NCBI GenBank assembly: GCA_964035575.1
Contig: OZ037842.1
Coordinates: 1,178,001-1,242,000, forward strand
Length of the DNA: 64,000 nucleotides
Direction of reading: 5' to 3'
Origin: Rhynchopus sp. YZ270_cl-10
Taxonomy: Eukaryota
Of this stretch, positions 36,020 to 48,195 are shown piece by piece; the first letter of the stretch is position 1; every line of letters begins with the position of its first letter. The notes under the pieces were generated by a model. It did not search any database, was not told the DNA's origin, and was given only the letters and a program-made list of their open reading frames with translations. The translations under genes were made by a program, and so were the position numbers.

Positions 36020-37167
36020 CTTCTTTTTCTTTGCCCCCCTTTGCGTGTGTCGATGCTGCGATGTGTTACTGGCCTTTGTTCAATGAACGAACGCTGTTCT
36101 ATTACCTGTGCAATACCATATATTACAAACAGTTTTCAGCAATAAAAAAACCTATGTTTGTTGACCCCTGGATAGTTGGAAGACGTTATGTGTATTGAGA
36201 CGTACGATTTGATTTCTCTAAACTATGAAAGGAGTCAAGACAGGTGGTAAAAAAAGTAGTATGGCGAAAGACTGTCTCCCTCAGAATGGCTGCACTAAGC
36301 CAACGGATTATCTATTAAATATGTAGCTGATGTTTGGGAGGAAAGGTGGGGGGGGTTTTTTTTTTTACCCTGCCCCCTCGCATAGCTGTATTCCCTCTTC
36401 TTTGTGCCTTCAAATTGCACATTTTGCTTTTTTATTTTGCTTTTTTACTTTTTGGTGAAGGAGGGGGGAGTGCACGTTACACCCTTTAAATGCTAACTGT
36501 TTGCTAAAACAGTGAGTATGTGACTGTGTTCTTTGTTGCTTTTTTTTTTTTTTCGAGATGAGTGTGTTTCATTAGGTCATTGCGCATATAATAGCACGTC
36601 TCATCTTCCAACCCTTTCTCTCTGTTTGGTGTGTTTCAGACAGTATATTTCTTTTTAAAAAAGTGATGCTGTTTTTTTTAACACCAATCTGTATCATCAT
36701 CTTTGTTAAGGTACGGTCCGTTCAGTTCGTTTTATTTTTTTCCTGCAAAAAAAAATATTGTATTTTGAACCCCCAACCTCTGAGCGCGAAAAAAAACCCC
36801 AGAATGTCAGGATGTCACAATGCATGATATTTCTCACTACCAAACTTTTCTTTGAGGTGACTTAAGCACGAGAGGCTTAGGTTCATCTTGTAAACCTTTT
36901 TCTTGATACAGACTGGGGAAGGTGAAACAGAATATGACCGCACACATAGTATGATGTGTTATCATTTTTGTTCAAATTGACAAAAAAAAAGTCCCACTTC
37001 CTAAGTCTCAACCTCCGCGGCCCCATCACCCAGAAACACAACAGAAATAAATCTTCACGCAACCATATTCGCCCCCTCCCCTGCCCTCTTTCGCCATTTA
37101 TCCCTCTCCATTCCATTCCTCTCCTTCATACACATATTTCAGGGCAAAAACAGTTTACACAAATAAA

Positions 37168-39627
37168 ATGGCGGCGTTCCACCAGGAGATGCTGAACGGG
37201 TGTTACGAGGTGACCCTTCACGAGGCAAAGGGACTTCCGAAGACTGACAACATGGGGTTCAGCGCAGGAGACCCGTACTGTATCTTTAAGGATTGCAGGG
37301 GGACGGTGCTGATGAAGACGCGTGTTATCCGCAAGACGCAGACTCCGTCGTGGGAGGAGAAGGGGGTGGTCTCGCTTGTGGAATGCCGTGGCTTCCAGGC
37401 AGAGTTGTACGACTGCGACCCGACGTCCGACGAACTCATGACCAAGATGAAGTTTGAAGTGAACAGCGCCTCCCTGAAGCCCCTCCTTGACGGCAAGAGC
37501 GTCTCCGGGTGGCTGCCCCTCGAGAAGAAGAAGGGTGAGATCCGCATTTCCATCAAGCCACTGTTCCACAGAACCCCCGGTACCCTGGGTGTGCCGAACT
37601 CGCGTTTCCCTTCGCGCCCTGGATGCAGAATGACTTTGTTCCAGTCTGCGCACATTGGATGTGAGCGTGACTACCTGCCGCAGGGGCTGAAGGTGTACCA
37701 CGGTGGGGACAAGGGCTTTGGCAACAAGAAGATGCACGCCAACGTGCACCAAGATTGGCACTCCGACGACAACCAGCTAGGAGGACGCGACCACATCCCC
37801 CGCTCTGCCTGGGAGGAGCTCTACGTGTCGCTCCTCGAGGCAAAGCACTTCATGTACATCGTCGGCTGGTCCGTCAATGTCGAGATCCCCATGCTCCGTG
37901 AGAAGAACGTCGAAGTGCCCGGCTACCCCGGAATCGACGGAACCAAAAAGCCCCTCGGTGAGATCCTCCAGATGAAGGCAGACGAGGGTGTGAAGGTGTG
38001 CATGATGCTCTGGAGGGAGGCCACCTCCGTCGCCACGGCAGGCGGTGGCGGTATGTTCGAATCTGTCGGTGTCGCAGGAACGTTCTCGGAGCAGACAAAG
38101 AACTACTTCAGAACGCGTGGTGGAAAGGTCCACGTCAAGACCCTCCTGCGTGAGGCTGCTGCCGCCCTCTCGCTGGCAAAGCTCGCATACACCCACCACC
38201 AGAAGTTCGTCGTCTGCGACGCCCCTGCACTGACAGGATCGTCCTGCGCACGCCGTGTCATCGGTTTCGTTGGTGGCCTCGACCTGACCAAGGGGCGTTT
38301 CGACACACCGCGCAAGAACCTCTGGAAGACAAACGAAACCTGGCACAAGGACGACTACTACCAGAACTGCTACCCAGGTGCCGATGTAAAGACGGACTGC
38401 CGCCAGCCCTGGCAGGACATCCACTCCAAGGTGGAGGGTGCCATCGCTAGAGACATCGTGACCAACTTTGAGGGCAGATGGCTCAAGCAGACCACAGAGA
38501 AGTGGCATAAGGAGCTCTTTAACTTGAAGGACTGCCGCCACATCATCCCTGAGGATGAGGACTACGTCATGGACCCTGACCACAGCGAGTCGTGGAACAT
38601 CCAGCTGTTCCGCTCCATCGACTCCACATCGAGCACAGAGGTTCTTGGCATTGAGGGTGGCATCCACAACGCATACGAGCACGCCATTACGAAGTCGAAC
38701 CGTTTCTTGTACCTCGAGAACCAGTACTTCATGGGTGGGTCCAAGACGTGGTCTGATGAGGTTGCGAAGAAGAAGAAGTCGTCGATCATCTCGCGTGTGA
38801 CGTCGTTTATTGGAGGTGAGGAGATCCAGGCCATCAACCGTGTGCCTGTGCTTGTCATGGAGAGGATCATGCGTGCGATCAAGGAGAACAAGCGTTTCAC
38901 TACGTACATCTGCATTCCGATGTTCCCCGAGGGCCTCCCCGAGTCTGCACCCATGCAGGAGATCCTGTACTGGCAGTTCCGCACCATGGAGATGATGTAC
39001 AAGCACATCAAGGACGCGCTCATTGCGGCTGGCAACGGCTCACACCCGACAGACTACCTCAACTTCTACTGCCTCGGCAACAGAGAGCCTGGTCCGTGCA
39101 AGCGCACCGGGAAGACCACAAGACCCGAGAGGGTTGGGTGCAGCCGTCGCCACATGATCTACGTGCACTCTAAGCTGTTGATTGCGGACGACGACTATGT
39201 CATCCTTGGGTCTGCCAACATCAACGACAGGTCGATGGCGGGGGACAGAGACACGGAGATTTGTGTGGGTGCGTACCAGCCGTACCACTCGAGGGACCAG
39301 GGCGTGCAGTACCCGAATGGGCATGTGAATGCGTTCCGTTTGTCGCTTTGGGGAGAGCACCTGAACGAGGGCTCGACAGTGAACCCGAACCTCTTCTACC
39401 CGGAGAGCAAGGAATGTGTGGACTACATCAACGGCAAGGCAGGACGTGCCTGGGAGGATCACGTTGCCCCCGACGTCTGCGAGCAGGCATGCCACTTGAT
39501 GAGGTACCCCATCGTCGTCGCCGACGACGGTTCCATCACCCCCAAGCAAAGGGAGTTCCCCGACGCACCCGGCGCTCTCATCCACGGTGCCGACTCCGAC
39601 ACCATCCCCGATTTCATGACTTCATAG
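37168..39627 (+). CDS. PLD: Phospholipase D, C2-domain (plant PLD-alpha-like) type
   Basis: N-terminal C2 domain (GDPYC, TPSW). Two HKD motifs: HHQKFVVCD and YVHSKLLIADDDYVILGSANINDRSM. Also WQDIHS and IYVH...FRLSLWGEH. Confidence 0.93.
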   Translation: MAAFHQEMLNGCYEVTLHEAKGLPKTDNMGFSAGDPYCIFKDCRGTVLMKTRVIRKTQTPSWEEKGVVSLVECRGFQAELYDCDPTSDELMTKMKFEVNSASLKPLLDGKSVSGWLPLEKKKGEIRISIKPLFHRTPGTLGVPNSRFPSRPGCRMTLFQSAHIGCERDYLPQGLKVYHGGDKGFGNKKMHANVHQDWHSDDNQLGGRDHIPRSAWEELYVSLLEAKHFMYIVGWSVNVEIPMLREKNVEVPGYPGIDGTKKPLGEILQMKADEGVKVCMMLWREATSVATAGGGGMFESVGVAGTFSEQTKNYFRTRGGKVHVKTLLREAAAALSLAKLAYTHHQKFVVCDAPALTGSSCARRVIGFVGGLDLTKGRFDTPRKNLWKTNETWHKDDYYQNCYPGADVKTDCRQPWQDIHSKVEGAIARDIVTNFEGRWLKQTTEKWHKELFNLKDCRHIIPEDEDYVMDPDHSESWNIQLFRSIDSTSSTEVLGIEGGIHNAYEHAITKSNRFLYLENQYFMGGSKTWSDEVAKKKKSSIISRVTSFIGGEEIQAINRVPVLVMERIMRAIKENKRFTTYICIPMFPEGLPESAPMQEILYWQFRTMEMMYKHIKDALIAAGNGSHPTDYLNFYCLGNREPGPCKRTGKTTRPERVGCSRRHMIYVHSKLLIADDDYVILGSANINDRSMAGDRDTEICVGAYQPYHSRDQGVQYPNGHVNAFRLSLWGEHLNEGSTVNPNLFYPESKECVDYINGKAGRAWEDHVAPDVCEQACHLMRYPIVVADDGSITPKQREFPDAPGALIHGADSDTIPDFMTS

Positions 39628-41339
39628 GGGAAAAAAAAAAGTTTTTTTGATTTTTTTCAAGAAAAGAGGGAAGGGAACAGTGGGGTAAGAACGAAAAAGA
39701 AAAAAAAAAGCCCCGAGGGAACAGTAATTGATGGCATATCGAAAAAAAGAAAGTAAAAAAGTTTGTGTAAAAAAAAAAGTAAGGTTGTTGGAATGTAACA
39801 AACAAAAAACAATACAAAAAAAAATACAAAAAAAGGGGTTGTAAAAAAATGGGGTTTTTTTACTGATGCTGTACTAAAAAAAGAAACATGATGTGGTTGC
39901 GTGCTCTGTTCTGAGAAGGGAGGGATAAAAATTGCGTGGAGCTCACACGGAAAAAATCGAGGTGTCTACACGTTATCAATTATTCAAAAAAAAGAGAGAA
40001 TTAAATGCGCATTTTTCTGTTGAATAAGAGAACCACTTTGATCAAAGGTGACTTAAGCACGCGAGGATTAGGTTCATCTGATAAACTTTTCTTTTTCCCA
40101 TATTATGTGAAGTTACGATTGTTGTTTCTCCCCCCATTTCCCTCCCCTCTCCCCACTCCCCCTTTTTCTGATCTTCAAGCCACACGCAAGAAGCCTAGTT
40201 TTTTTTTTTTTTTGGAGTGTCAGTGCCTGCGTCCCAGAGGCGTTTGCATTATCAATTTCACTTTTATTTTTTCTATTTTCTTCGAAATAAAAATTTGTAC
40301 CCCCGAAGAATTAAATGGGATGACATTTGTCTGAAGCTTCAACAGTACATACCAGGCTTTGGCAAGGTACTGTACTTTATGTTGCTTAAGACGTGCTCTA
40401 ATTTTGGAAAGATATGAAGTAGGGAACATTCATCTTTCAAGCCTTCCTTTCCATTAGGTAAGGTTAAAAGGAGGGGGTATTCTGTCTGTCTTACCAACCA
40501 TTTTTGTTTTTCTTTCCTCGACAAAAAGAAAAGGAAAATTTAAAAAAAAAAAAAAAATGTACATTTCCCCTCATTGCGATTGGTCTTTTTGTGATGAGTC
40601 AGTGGAGCACCTCCCCCTCTCCCCTCCACCCTATACTACGCTAGTTCCACTTCACGTGTCTTTGTTGTTCAGAATAACAGCTCAAACGGTTTTACAAAAT
40701 ACCGTATCTGTTTGAGGAATTGTTCTTCCCATGTCTTTGTCTTTTTATTTGTCAATCCGTCGGAAGTATAGTTTGGCAAAAAGAAAAATCGAGGCTTAGG
40801 AAGAACAGCTCAAATACACACCACAAAGCACTTCATGGCGTTGAGACTCCCCCCCTTTTTTTTTAAGGTGACTGAGCACGAGAGGCTTAGGTTCATCTTA
40901 TAAACTTTTCCTTTTTTTCTTTGATTTCGTGCGTCCGGGGGGGATTTTCCGTTTGCGTATTCTTTTTGTTTTTGTTTCCCCCCCTTTTTTTTGGAGTTGT
41001 GCATGCGAAAGGTACAACGTTCAAGATTGTTTTTTTTTTTTTTTTCTTTTTCTGGAGTTTTTCGTCTCTCCTTCTATTTGCTCTTTAGGGATCCTGTGAA
41101 GAAAAAAAAATCGTGGCTGCTATGTTGTAGTCTATAATAAAATTCTGGAGTTTTTTTTTTACCACCGTTAACGTGGATCAAGGTGGTGCGCTTTTGTTTT
41201 TTCACCTTCAACTCCACATCTCTCATTACCCAAAGGACTCCTGTTGACACCCCCTTCCTCCCATTCCTCCCTTTTCCCGTCAAAGCAAGACAGTAATCCA
41301 ACCAACGTGTTTTAACTAAATAAACCTGCGTCTTCGATG

Positions 41340-42083
41340 ATGCCCGCTTGTCTGACTGATGAGAGGAAGCGGGGGTAGAGAGTATCCAGATGGTCACATG
41401 GTCTCGAAAAATGGATAGCATTGGGACTGCATGGTTTGGGGGGGGTCCACCCCACGGTGCCCCCCGGTCATTGTACCAAAGTACACTGTTCATGAGAGAG
41501 GGCTATGTATTGCAGGTCAATTCCCCCTCTCCCCCTTCTTGCACAGTTCTTTGGAGATTTTTTTTTTTTTTGGCCTTAAAGAGGTTTCCTCTTCACTGCC
41601 AGGTAGTCAGTGGGAGCGTATTGCAGTAATGAAAATATCACCACAGAATATTTATTACACACTTTACGCACAAACAAAAGATGTGGTCTTTTTTTAACAA
41701 TAGGTAGGGGGCGCGTTCTTTTTATTGTTCAACGTTCTTTGTTTTTTTGGCTTACCAAAATACCCTCCCTCTTTCTCCTCAATCCTACAATGCATTATTT
41801 TTTTAAAAAAAGCCGTTTTCAGTACGACGGAGCCAAAACAAAATGCTAAAAAAGGGGGGTGCTTTTATTTGTTTTTTTTCTTTAAACCGGACCCTACATC
41901 ACACAGGCCTAATTACCCTGTGTTTGCAATGATCCCCGTTTATCTGGTTGATGAGTGGAAGCGGGAGTAGGACATATCAGATGAAAACTACAAAATGGAT
42001 GTAAGGACTGCATGGTTGGGGTCCACCCCCTTACACTGTCATGGTTCAGTGGGGAGCGTGGTGCAGTAATAAAAATATCACTG
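41340..42083 (+). repeat. Two diverged copies of a ~150-bp repeat (41340-41657 and 41925-42084 + 42915-42930) that carries the 5' extension of family D
   Basis: Shared blocks gatgag.ggaagcggg.gtag, aaatggat..ggactgcatggtt(t)ggggtccacccc and cagtggg(g)agcgt..tgcagtaat.aaaatatcac. Copy 1 retains the D hairpin, and copy 2 is split by the 42085 insertion. Confidence 0.7.
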
Positions 42084-42084
42084 C

Positions 42085-42914
42085 TGGTGTGGTTCAGGGG
42101 GTGCGGAGAACCCACGGAAGAACCACGGAGGAACCTCGGAGAACTGCTAGGGGGTATACTTTTTTTTTGTTGTTCTCGGTTTCTGTCACAAGGGGGAAAT
42201 GACCACAAATTTGACTGAGAGAGGTCACCACAGGTGTGTATTGGTTGAAACATGCCAAAAATGGCATTTTCGCGCGAAAAAATAACGGCGAGGAAAAAAT
42301 CCCTTGAAAAAAATGAACCGCCCGTATGTAGTGTGTACTGTACTGTACTGTACTGTACTGTACTGTACTGTACTGTACTGTACTGTACTGTACTGTACTG
42401 TACTGTACTGTACTGTACTGTACTGTACTGTACTGTACTGTACTGTACTGTACTGTACTGTACTGTACTGTACTGTACTGTACTGTACTGTACTGTACTG
42501 TACTGTACTGTACTGTACTGTACTGTACTGTACTGTACTGTACTGTACTGTACTGTACTGTACTGTACTGTACTGTACTGTACTGTACTGTACTGTACTG
42601 TACTGTACTGTACTGTACTGTACTGTACTGTACTGTACTGTACTGTACTGTACTGTACTGTACTGTACTGTACTGTACTGTACTGTACTGTACTGTACTG
42701 TACTGTACTGTACTGTACTGTACATTTATGCCATGACCGCCTTGGAGGCTTTCCCAGTCTGGATGTTTGTGGCACCCGCGTGCAGGTGGTGGTCTCGAAG
42801 CCCCCCGGGTGGCGAAAACCGAAAACAACAAAAAAAAAGTATACCCCCCTTACCGGAGTACCTACGGAAGAACCACGGAAGAACCTCGGAGAATCGGTTT
42901 GGGTGGTCACACCA
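42085..42914. mobile_element. 830-bp insertion with TG...CA ends and 5-bp TSD, carrying a microsatellite
   Basis: Ends tggtgtg / cacacca with TSD actgc (42080-84, 42915-19). The empty site is visible in the paralogous repeat at ~41633-41657 (aaaatatcaccacagaatatttatt). Subterminal direct and inverted blocks are present. Confidence 0.75.
42336..42723. repeat. Perfect pentanucleotide microsatellite (TACTG)77
   Basis: Uninterrupted tactg tandem from 42336 to 42720, followed by tac. Confidence 0.98.
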
Positions 42915-43239
42915 ACTGCAGAATATTTATTAATTTCCGGGGCTCGATAACCCGCGGAGTGTCAGTGCCTGCGTCCCAGAGGCGTTTGCACTATCAACTT
43001 CACTTTATTACACACTTTGCGTACAAAACAACATTGCTTGCTGAGCACAGACCACCACCACCACCACCGCCTCCCTCTCCTCCCACCCCCCTTCACCTCA
43101 ACCCACCAAAGGACTATACACACCTACACCATGCGGTAGCCTTCCCTACCCCTTTAATACCCCCATATTAGCCATATTTTCCCCTCCCCTTCCTCCCATT
43201 TTTTAGTCTTTTTTGCCAAACGTTTTTATTCTTTTCACG

Positions 43240-44130
43240 ATGGGGCAGACCTGTGGATGTACAAATGGAGCGGATGTTGCACAGCCGGATACGTTGCGGA
43301 ACAGTCGTGATCGTGATGAGTTTTGTAGGTTGGATTTGAGTGAGACGAAGATGGACGATCGGAAGGCAGGAAGCGTGGTAGATACTGTACGGCGAAATGA
43401 CAGCCTCCGGGTCCTCAACCTTGCCTGGTGTGAGGCCAGCTTCCAAGCTGCAAAGTTGTTTTGTGATACCGTCAGCCATCACGCCTCGCTTACCTCTCTT
43501 ATTCTTACCGGAAACAGCATTTCTGATGTCGGTCCTATCGCGCAACTTTTATCTCGAGACCCGCCGCTGACATACCTAAATCTTTCTTGCAATCAGATTA
43601 ATAGGAATGGCTTTGTTTTGATTCTTAATTCGTTAGAGAGGAATACGAATTTGAAAATGCTGAGTCTCGGGGGGAATAAGGTTGATGGGATCTCCTTGGA
43701 GGAGAGGGGCTTTATTGCTGGAGAGTTGAAAGGGAATAGAACGTTGAGAATGGTGGATTTAAGAGGGAATCCGTTGTCGGAGGAGGTGCTGCAGGGGTTG
43801 ATGGATGATTTTTCGGAGGGGTTACGGCTGCGGTTGAACAACACAGCGCTGCAGATGCAGCGTGCGGTGGAAGAGGACGCGCAGAGCCCCTCCGCTCCTT
43901 CAGTGTCCACCCAGCCCTCGCAGTCCTCGAACAGCTCCCTCGGTCCTACCACGCTGCCACCCAACCCTCCCGGGCCCCCACCCCGCATCAAAACAAAACC
44001 ACCCCTGCTCACAGCAGAGTCAAACTCTCTCACCTCCTATTCCTCCTCTGCTCGTTCAGGTGAACAGTCGCCATCACAAAGTGAAGCCTATTGTGGAGGG
44101 AAACGCCCGCCCTCAATACTCTTAACATAA
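43240..44130 (+). CDS. Leucine-rich-repeat (RNI/RanGAP-like) protein with predicted N-myristoylation/palmitoylation
   Basis: Starts MGQTCGC. LRR units LRVLNLAWC, LTSLILTGNSI, LTYLNLSCNQI, LKMLSLGGNKV and LRMVDLRGNPL, then a Pro/Ser-rich tail. Confidence 0.85.
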   Translation: MGQTCGCTNGADVAQPDTLRNSRDRDEFCRLDLSETKMDDRKAGSVVDTVRRNDSLRVLNLAWCEASFQAAKLFCDTVSHHASLTSLILTGNSISDVGPIAQLLSRDPPLTYLNLSCNQINRNGFVLILNSLERNTNLKMLSLGGNKVDGISLEERGFIAGELKGNRTLRMVDLRGNPLSEEVLQGLMDDFSEGLRLRLNNTALQMQRAVEEDAQSPSAPSVSTQPSQSSNSSLGPTTLPPNPPGPPPRIKTKPPLLTAESNSLTSYSSSARSGEQSPSQSEAYCGGKRPPSILLT

Positions 44131-45058
44131 GAAAGTTTTGTAAAATAATAGAAAGCGTTGTGGGGGGAGGAGAGGAGGAGGGGGGATGGAGGTGCTGTGT
44201 TAACAGATGTGTCGTACTAAGCCAAAAATTCTGAGACCTACCGTGGGTGTCTCCAAAAAGTGTCATTCCCAACCCCTTCTTGTTCCACTCTGTTGGGTGG
44301 TGGTGGTGTTGCGGAGTGCGGTTGGGTGAACGACGTGACACTTTTAGCTCACAAAAGTAGTGTCAAGAAAAAAAAAGAAGAAAAAAATTGGGGGTTAGAG
44401 GGAATGCATGGGGGGGGTTTTTTTTGTCATTGGCGCGGAAGAGCTGGGGGATGATTGATTCTCTTAGCATATCTGGTGGACAGGGTTTTTTTTCTGATAG
44501 ATTTTTTTTTCTGAAAGAATCAGGGATTCAATGAGAAAGGAGGGCCCAAAGAAACCACTGCTATTGCTAGCGTTAGTTTTCGTTTCGGTCAACTGCATCC
44601 CTCTCAGCCCAATAAGCGTTAACTCATTGGGTGAAAAAATACGTCCACGAAGCCACATTTTGTAGATTTTTTTTTTAATTTTATAGGTGACTGTGTTCTT
44701 CCTAAGCACACTAAGCTTAGGATCATCTTTACCAACTGTTCTCCCCTTTTTTGAGATGTGTGCGAACATCTTTCTAAGTTATTTATATTTGTTCTTTATT
44801 CTGTATCTCTGCGGTTCGATCTACCGTTAGAGGTGAAGGAGGAAAGGGTTACATTATTGAAGAGTTCCGGTTTTGTTTTGGTTTTGTTTACGGTATGTAC
44901 TTTGTGTTTTGAGCAACAAATTTTTTTTTAAAAGATGCACATGCACGCGAGGCATATTCATCTGTCAAAATTTATTTTTCTTTTACCCCATCCCGAATGA
45001 AACTTAAGGTCTGCCAATAATACGAAAATGTGTTTTTTTTTTTTTTAGCAGCTCCAAA

Positions 45059-45674
45059 CAGGGATTTATATACAATTTTTTTCCTTACCAAAAGTGCAAA
45101 AAAAGTGAGGTTGCTATTCCTGAGGGGGCTGCAGGCACGGAGGGGCTTTTTTGAAGAAATGGACTTCAGATTGAAGTATCATCATTGTACTAGCCCAGGG
45201 GGCTTCACTGGCTAGGGCTCCAGCAGGTCCCACATGCACTATGCCTGACTCCAGCACGCAAGGTAGCATTCACAGCACCTTTCACCCCTTCAGGAGGAGT
45301 GCACAAAAGGGCTCCCGGATGCAATTTTTCACCCATATCAGGACTCATGACTCAATTTTTTTTTTGCGAAGCAAAAAATAATAATATAATATGGCGCCGC
45401 AGGCGAAAAAAAATTGGGGTACGGTGTAAAAATCTAGCCTTTTACACCACAGAGTCACTCAACGAACCCTTTTTTGCGGAGCAAAAAAGGAAAAATGGCG
45501 CCGCAGGCAAAAAAAATTTGGGTACAGCCTGTATGGTACGGGATTTCATGGTGCGGTCAGCAACCCAGTTCCCCAAAAAAATGCAAAAAACTTTTTTTCC
45601 AAATCTGCAAAAGTTTTTTTTTTTTTTCAAAACTGAGGTTCAGCCTCAGTTCTACTATGGTATATAAATCTCTG
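45059..45674. mobile_element. hAT-type MITE (616 bp)
   Basis: TIRs cagggatttatatac / gtatataaatctctg (1 mismatch). 8-bp TSD gctccaaa at 45051-58 and 45675-82. Confidence 0.88.
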
Positions 45675-45683
45675 GCTCCAAAT

Positions 45684-46319
45684 CAGGGTATTAGGGTGAA
45701 AATCCAAAATCCCGGAAAAAACTGGTTTTTCTGGTTTTCTCTCCTGGGCGGCAAAAACTAGTGTTTCTGGCGAAAACCTCCACCGTTGACGGACACAGTC
45801 ACCCCTTTCGAGTTTTTCGGGGGTGGGGTCAGTGTCTTATCCAGGAATCCGATTTCAAAATATTTTTCGGCGCTGCTGACCCAGGGTAGACATTGGGAAC
45901 ATAGGGACTGCATTTTTTTTTGCGGAGCAAAAAAATAATATAAAATGGCGCCGCAGGCGAAAATTTTTTGAGGGTACGGTGTAAAAATCTAGCTTTTTAC
46001 ACCACAGAGCCACTCAAACGAACCCTTTTTTACGGAGCAAAAAATGAAAAATGGCGCCGCAGGCAAAAAAAATTCAAGGAACAGCCATTTCCCAAAGGCA
46101 CTCCCGTGGTTCAACCACGGTTCTACCAGGCGGGGAAAAAATGCGGGGAAAAAAATCGAGTCCGCCCTAATCTGGGGACGACATTTACAGAAAGGCCTGG
46201 TGAAAAGTGTCGGTTTTTTTTTCCCCTCCAGATTTCTCTGTTTTTTTTTTTTTTTTGAAAACCAGTTTTTGGAAAAACTGGTTTTGAAAACCAGTTTTTT
46301 TAACCACCCTAATACCCTG
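45684..46319. mobile_element. hAT-type MITE (636 bp)
   Basis: Perfect 15-bp TIRs cagggtattagggtg / caccctaataccctg. 8-bp TSD ctccaaat at 45676-83 and 46320-27. Shares a ~165-bp internal block with the neighbouring element (45356-45520 vs 45912-46075). Confidence 0.9.
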
Positions 46320-47744
46320 CTCCAAATGCAACACTCCGGGGTTCGATTAACCCACGGAGTGTCAGTGCCTGCGCCCCAGAGGCGTTGTGCACTATCAACT
46401 TCACTTTTTTTTTCTTTCTTCAGTGTGTTCTCTCTTGTCAAAAAGGTTTTTTACATCAACCAACCCTCTGTGTAGAGCAACACACATACACTCTTTTTTT
46501 TGATGTTGATTTTAGTAATTCAAAGCATCTGTCCTGACTTTTTTTTTAGATGTGTGCACGAGAGCACATTCATCTTCCCAGTTTTCTTTTTTGTTTTCTT
46601 TTCCCGCGACAGGGGGGCACCTTCATCCGTGCACGCTCGTTAACAGTGTCTGTACTATTTAAAAAAAACGTGTTGTATGAACGACGTTACGGAAAATGGA
46701 GCTTGTACAAAGTGATAATACTTCCAACAATTTATCAAGAAAAGTCATGACAACTTGAGCGCTGCACGGGGGGGGGGGAACCCCTCCTCTTCTTTCCTTC
46801 ATTTTTTTACCCATCATTACCCTTGAAAGTCAGTTTTTCTCATTATCAGTATTCGCTCCTCCCCTTCCCCCCTTTTTGTCAGCTTAAGGTGACTAAGCAC
46901 AGAGAGGCTTAGGTTCATCTTGTGAACGTCTATTTTTCTTATTCCTGCGAAGCTTGCTTTAAAGGAGAAATAGTATTACCGGGTACGGTCGCCAAATCAT
47001 CGATTGTGCAATCAACGAAAACTCTTCCAACAACACTCTTATAAGGATCCTATGAAGAAAAATTGTGGTAAAGTGCTGCACAAAGCTGGGGTTCCTGTAC
47101 ATCAGTTCGTATGTGTAGCCTCAATTGTTAAAAAGGAAAACAGCGGTCCTGGTACCCAAGGTTTCTGGCGAAGCCACGGTAGTCCCTGTGATCAAAGTGC
47201 AGTGAAGAAAACTGGGAAAAATGAGAAAAAAAATCTTTCCGGCCAAAATCTGGTGACGGGGATGACATTTAGAAAAAGGTCCAAAAAATCAAACATTCTT
47301 TTTAAAAATTAGTGGAGCACACTCTAGGGTGGCTACCACCAAGTTTTCAAAAAAAAAGTCACAACACAAATCTTATTACTCCGACGCGCCCTTAGAGGCG
47401 TTTGCCCGTTCAGCCTCGCTTTTGCTTGGATGGGTTCTCCTCTGTGATACACTCCTACAACATCCATTCATCTGCTAAGAGGCTGTGGTCTTCAAATCTT
47501 CAAAGTTCAAATGTTTCAGCACCTCCTTTTAACCCCTCCCTATGTTTTGGTACACTGTCACGAGAGGGCTTTGTATTTCAAGTCTTTTTCTTTTTTTTTT
47601 TTTTTTTTTGGATTTCTTCAGTTCTGGTAGTCTCTGTTGCTTTTTTTTTGCAGCTCCTGTGGCGTTTAAACACGCTTTGTTCATGTAAAGTGACTAAGCA
47701 CTGGGAGGCTTAGGTTCTTACAATTTCCCCCCCTCTGTTTAGAT

Positions 47745-48195
47745 CAGGGGCTTATTTAGGTTTTGGCGTTTACGTTGAATCCTGGTCAAATCCTGGCACC
47801 CAACCCAGCTCAAGTTGGGGGCCTCCGGCGGAATGTGGATATTGATGATGAGTGAAGCTGAAGGTGCAAACAGCAGCCACCAGAATCCCTCGGTTATTAA
47901 CTGTGGAATTCGGCACTTCATTGATATTTACACCAGGCATGCGAATTAGTAACCTCAGTACATTTTCAAAAGAAATGGCGGGTCATGGCATCCAAAGGTT
48001 CCTGGCGAAGCCACAAAACATTTCAAAAAACTGCGCTTAAAATTGCACATTTTTACTGTCTAACTACGTCATGAGAAGGGTAGGTTGCAAGCTTGCGCCG
48101 CAGGCGCACGGTGCGCTACTTTCCTTTTTTTCTTTTGCCATGCTGCATGCTTCCTTTTCCGGCGTCTGACCAGGATTTACCCCTATAAGCCCCTG
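47745..48195. mobile_element. hAT-type MITE (451 bp)
   Basis: TIRs caggggcttat / ataagcccctg. 8-bp TSD gtttagat at 47737-44 and 48196-203. Internal ctggcgaagccac and gcgccgcaggcgcacggt are shared with the 28608 element. Confidence 0.9.

Noticed and set aside
41343..41375. Hammerhead-like GTC...CTGATGAG...GAA inside a cccgctt/aagcggg stem
   Set aside because: Stems I and II and GAAA are missing, and the second copy (~41945) does not keep CTGATGA.
41909..42950. ORFs with VQYST / CTVLY repeats
   Set aside because: They are translations of the TACTG microsatellite.
45684..45698. TTAGGG telomere-like sequence
   Set aside because: It is a single unit that is part of a MITE TIR.
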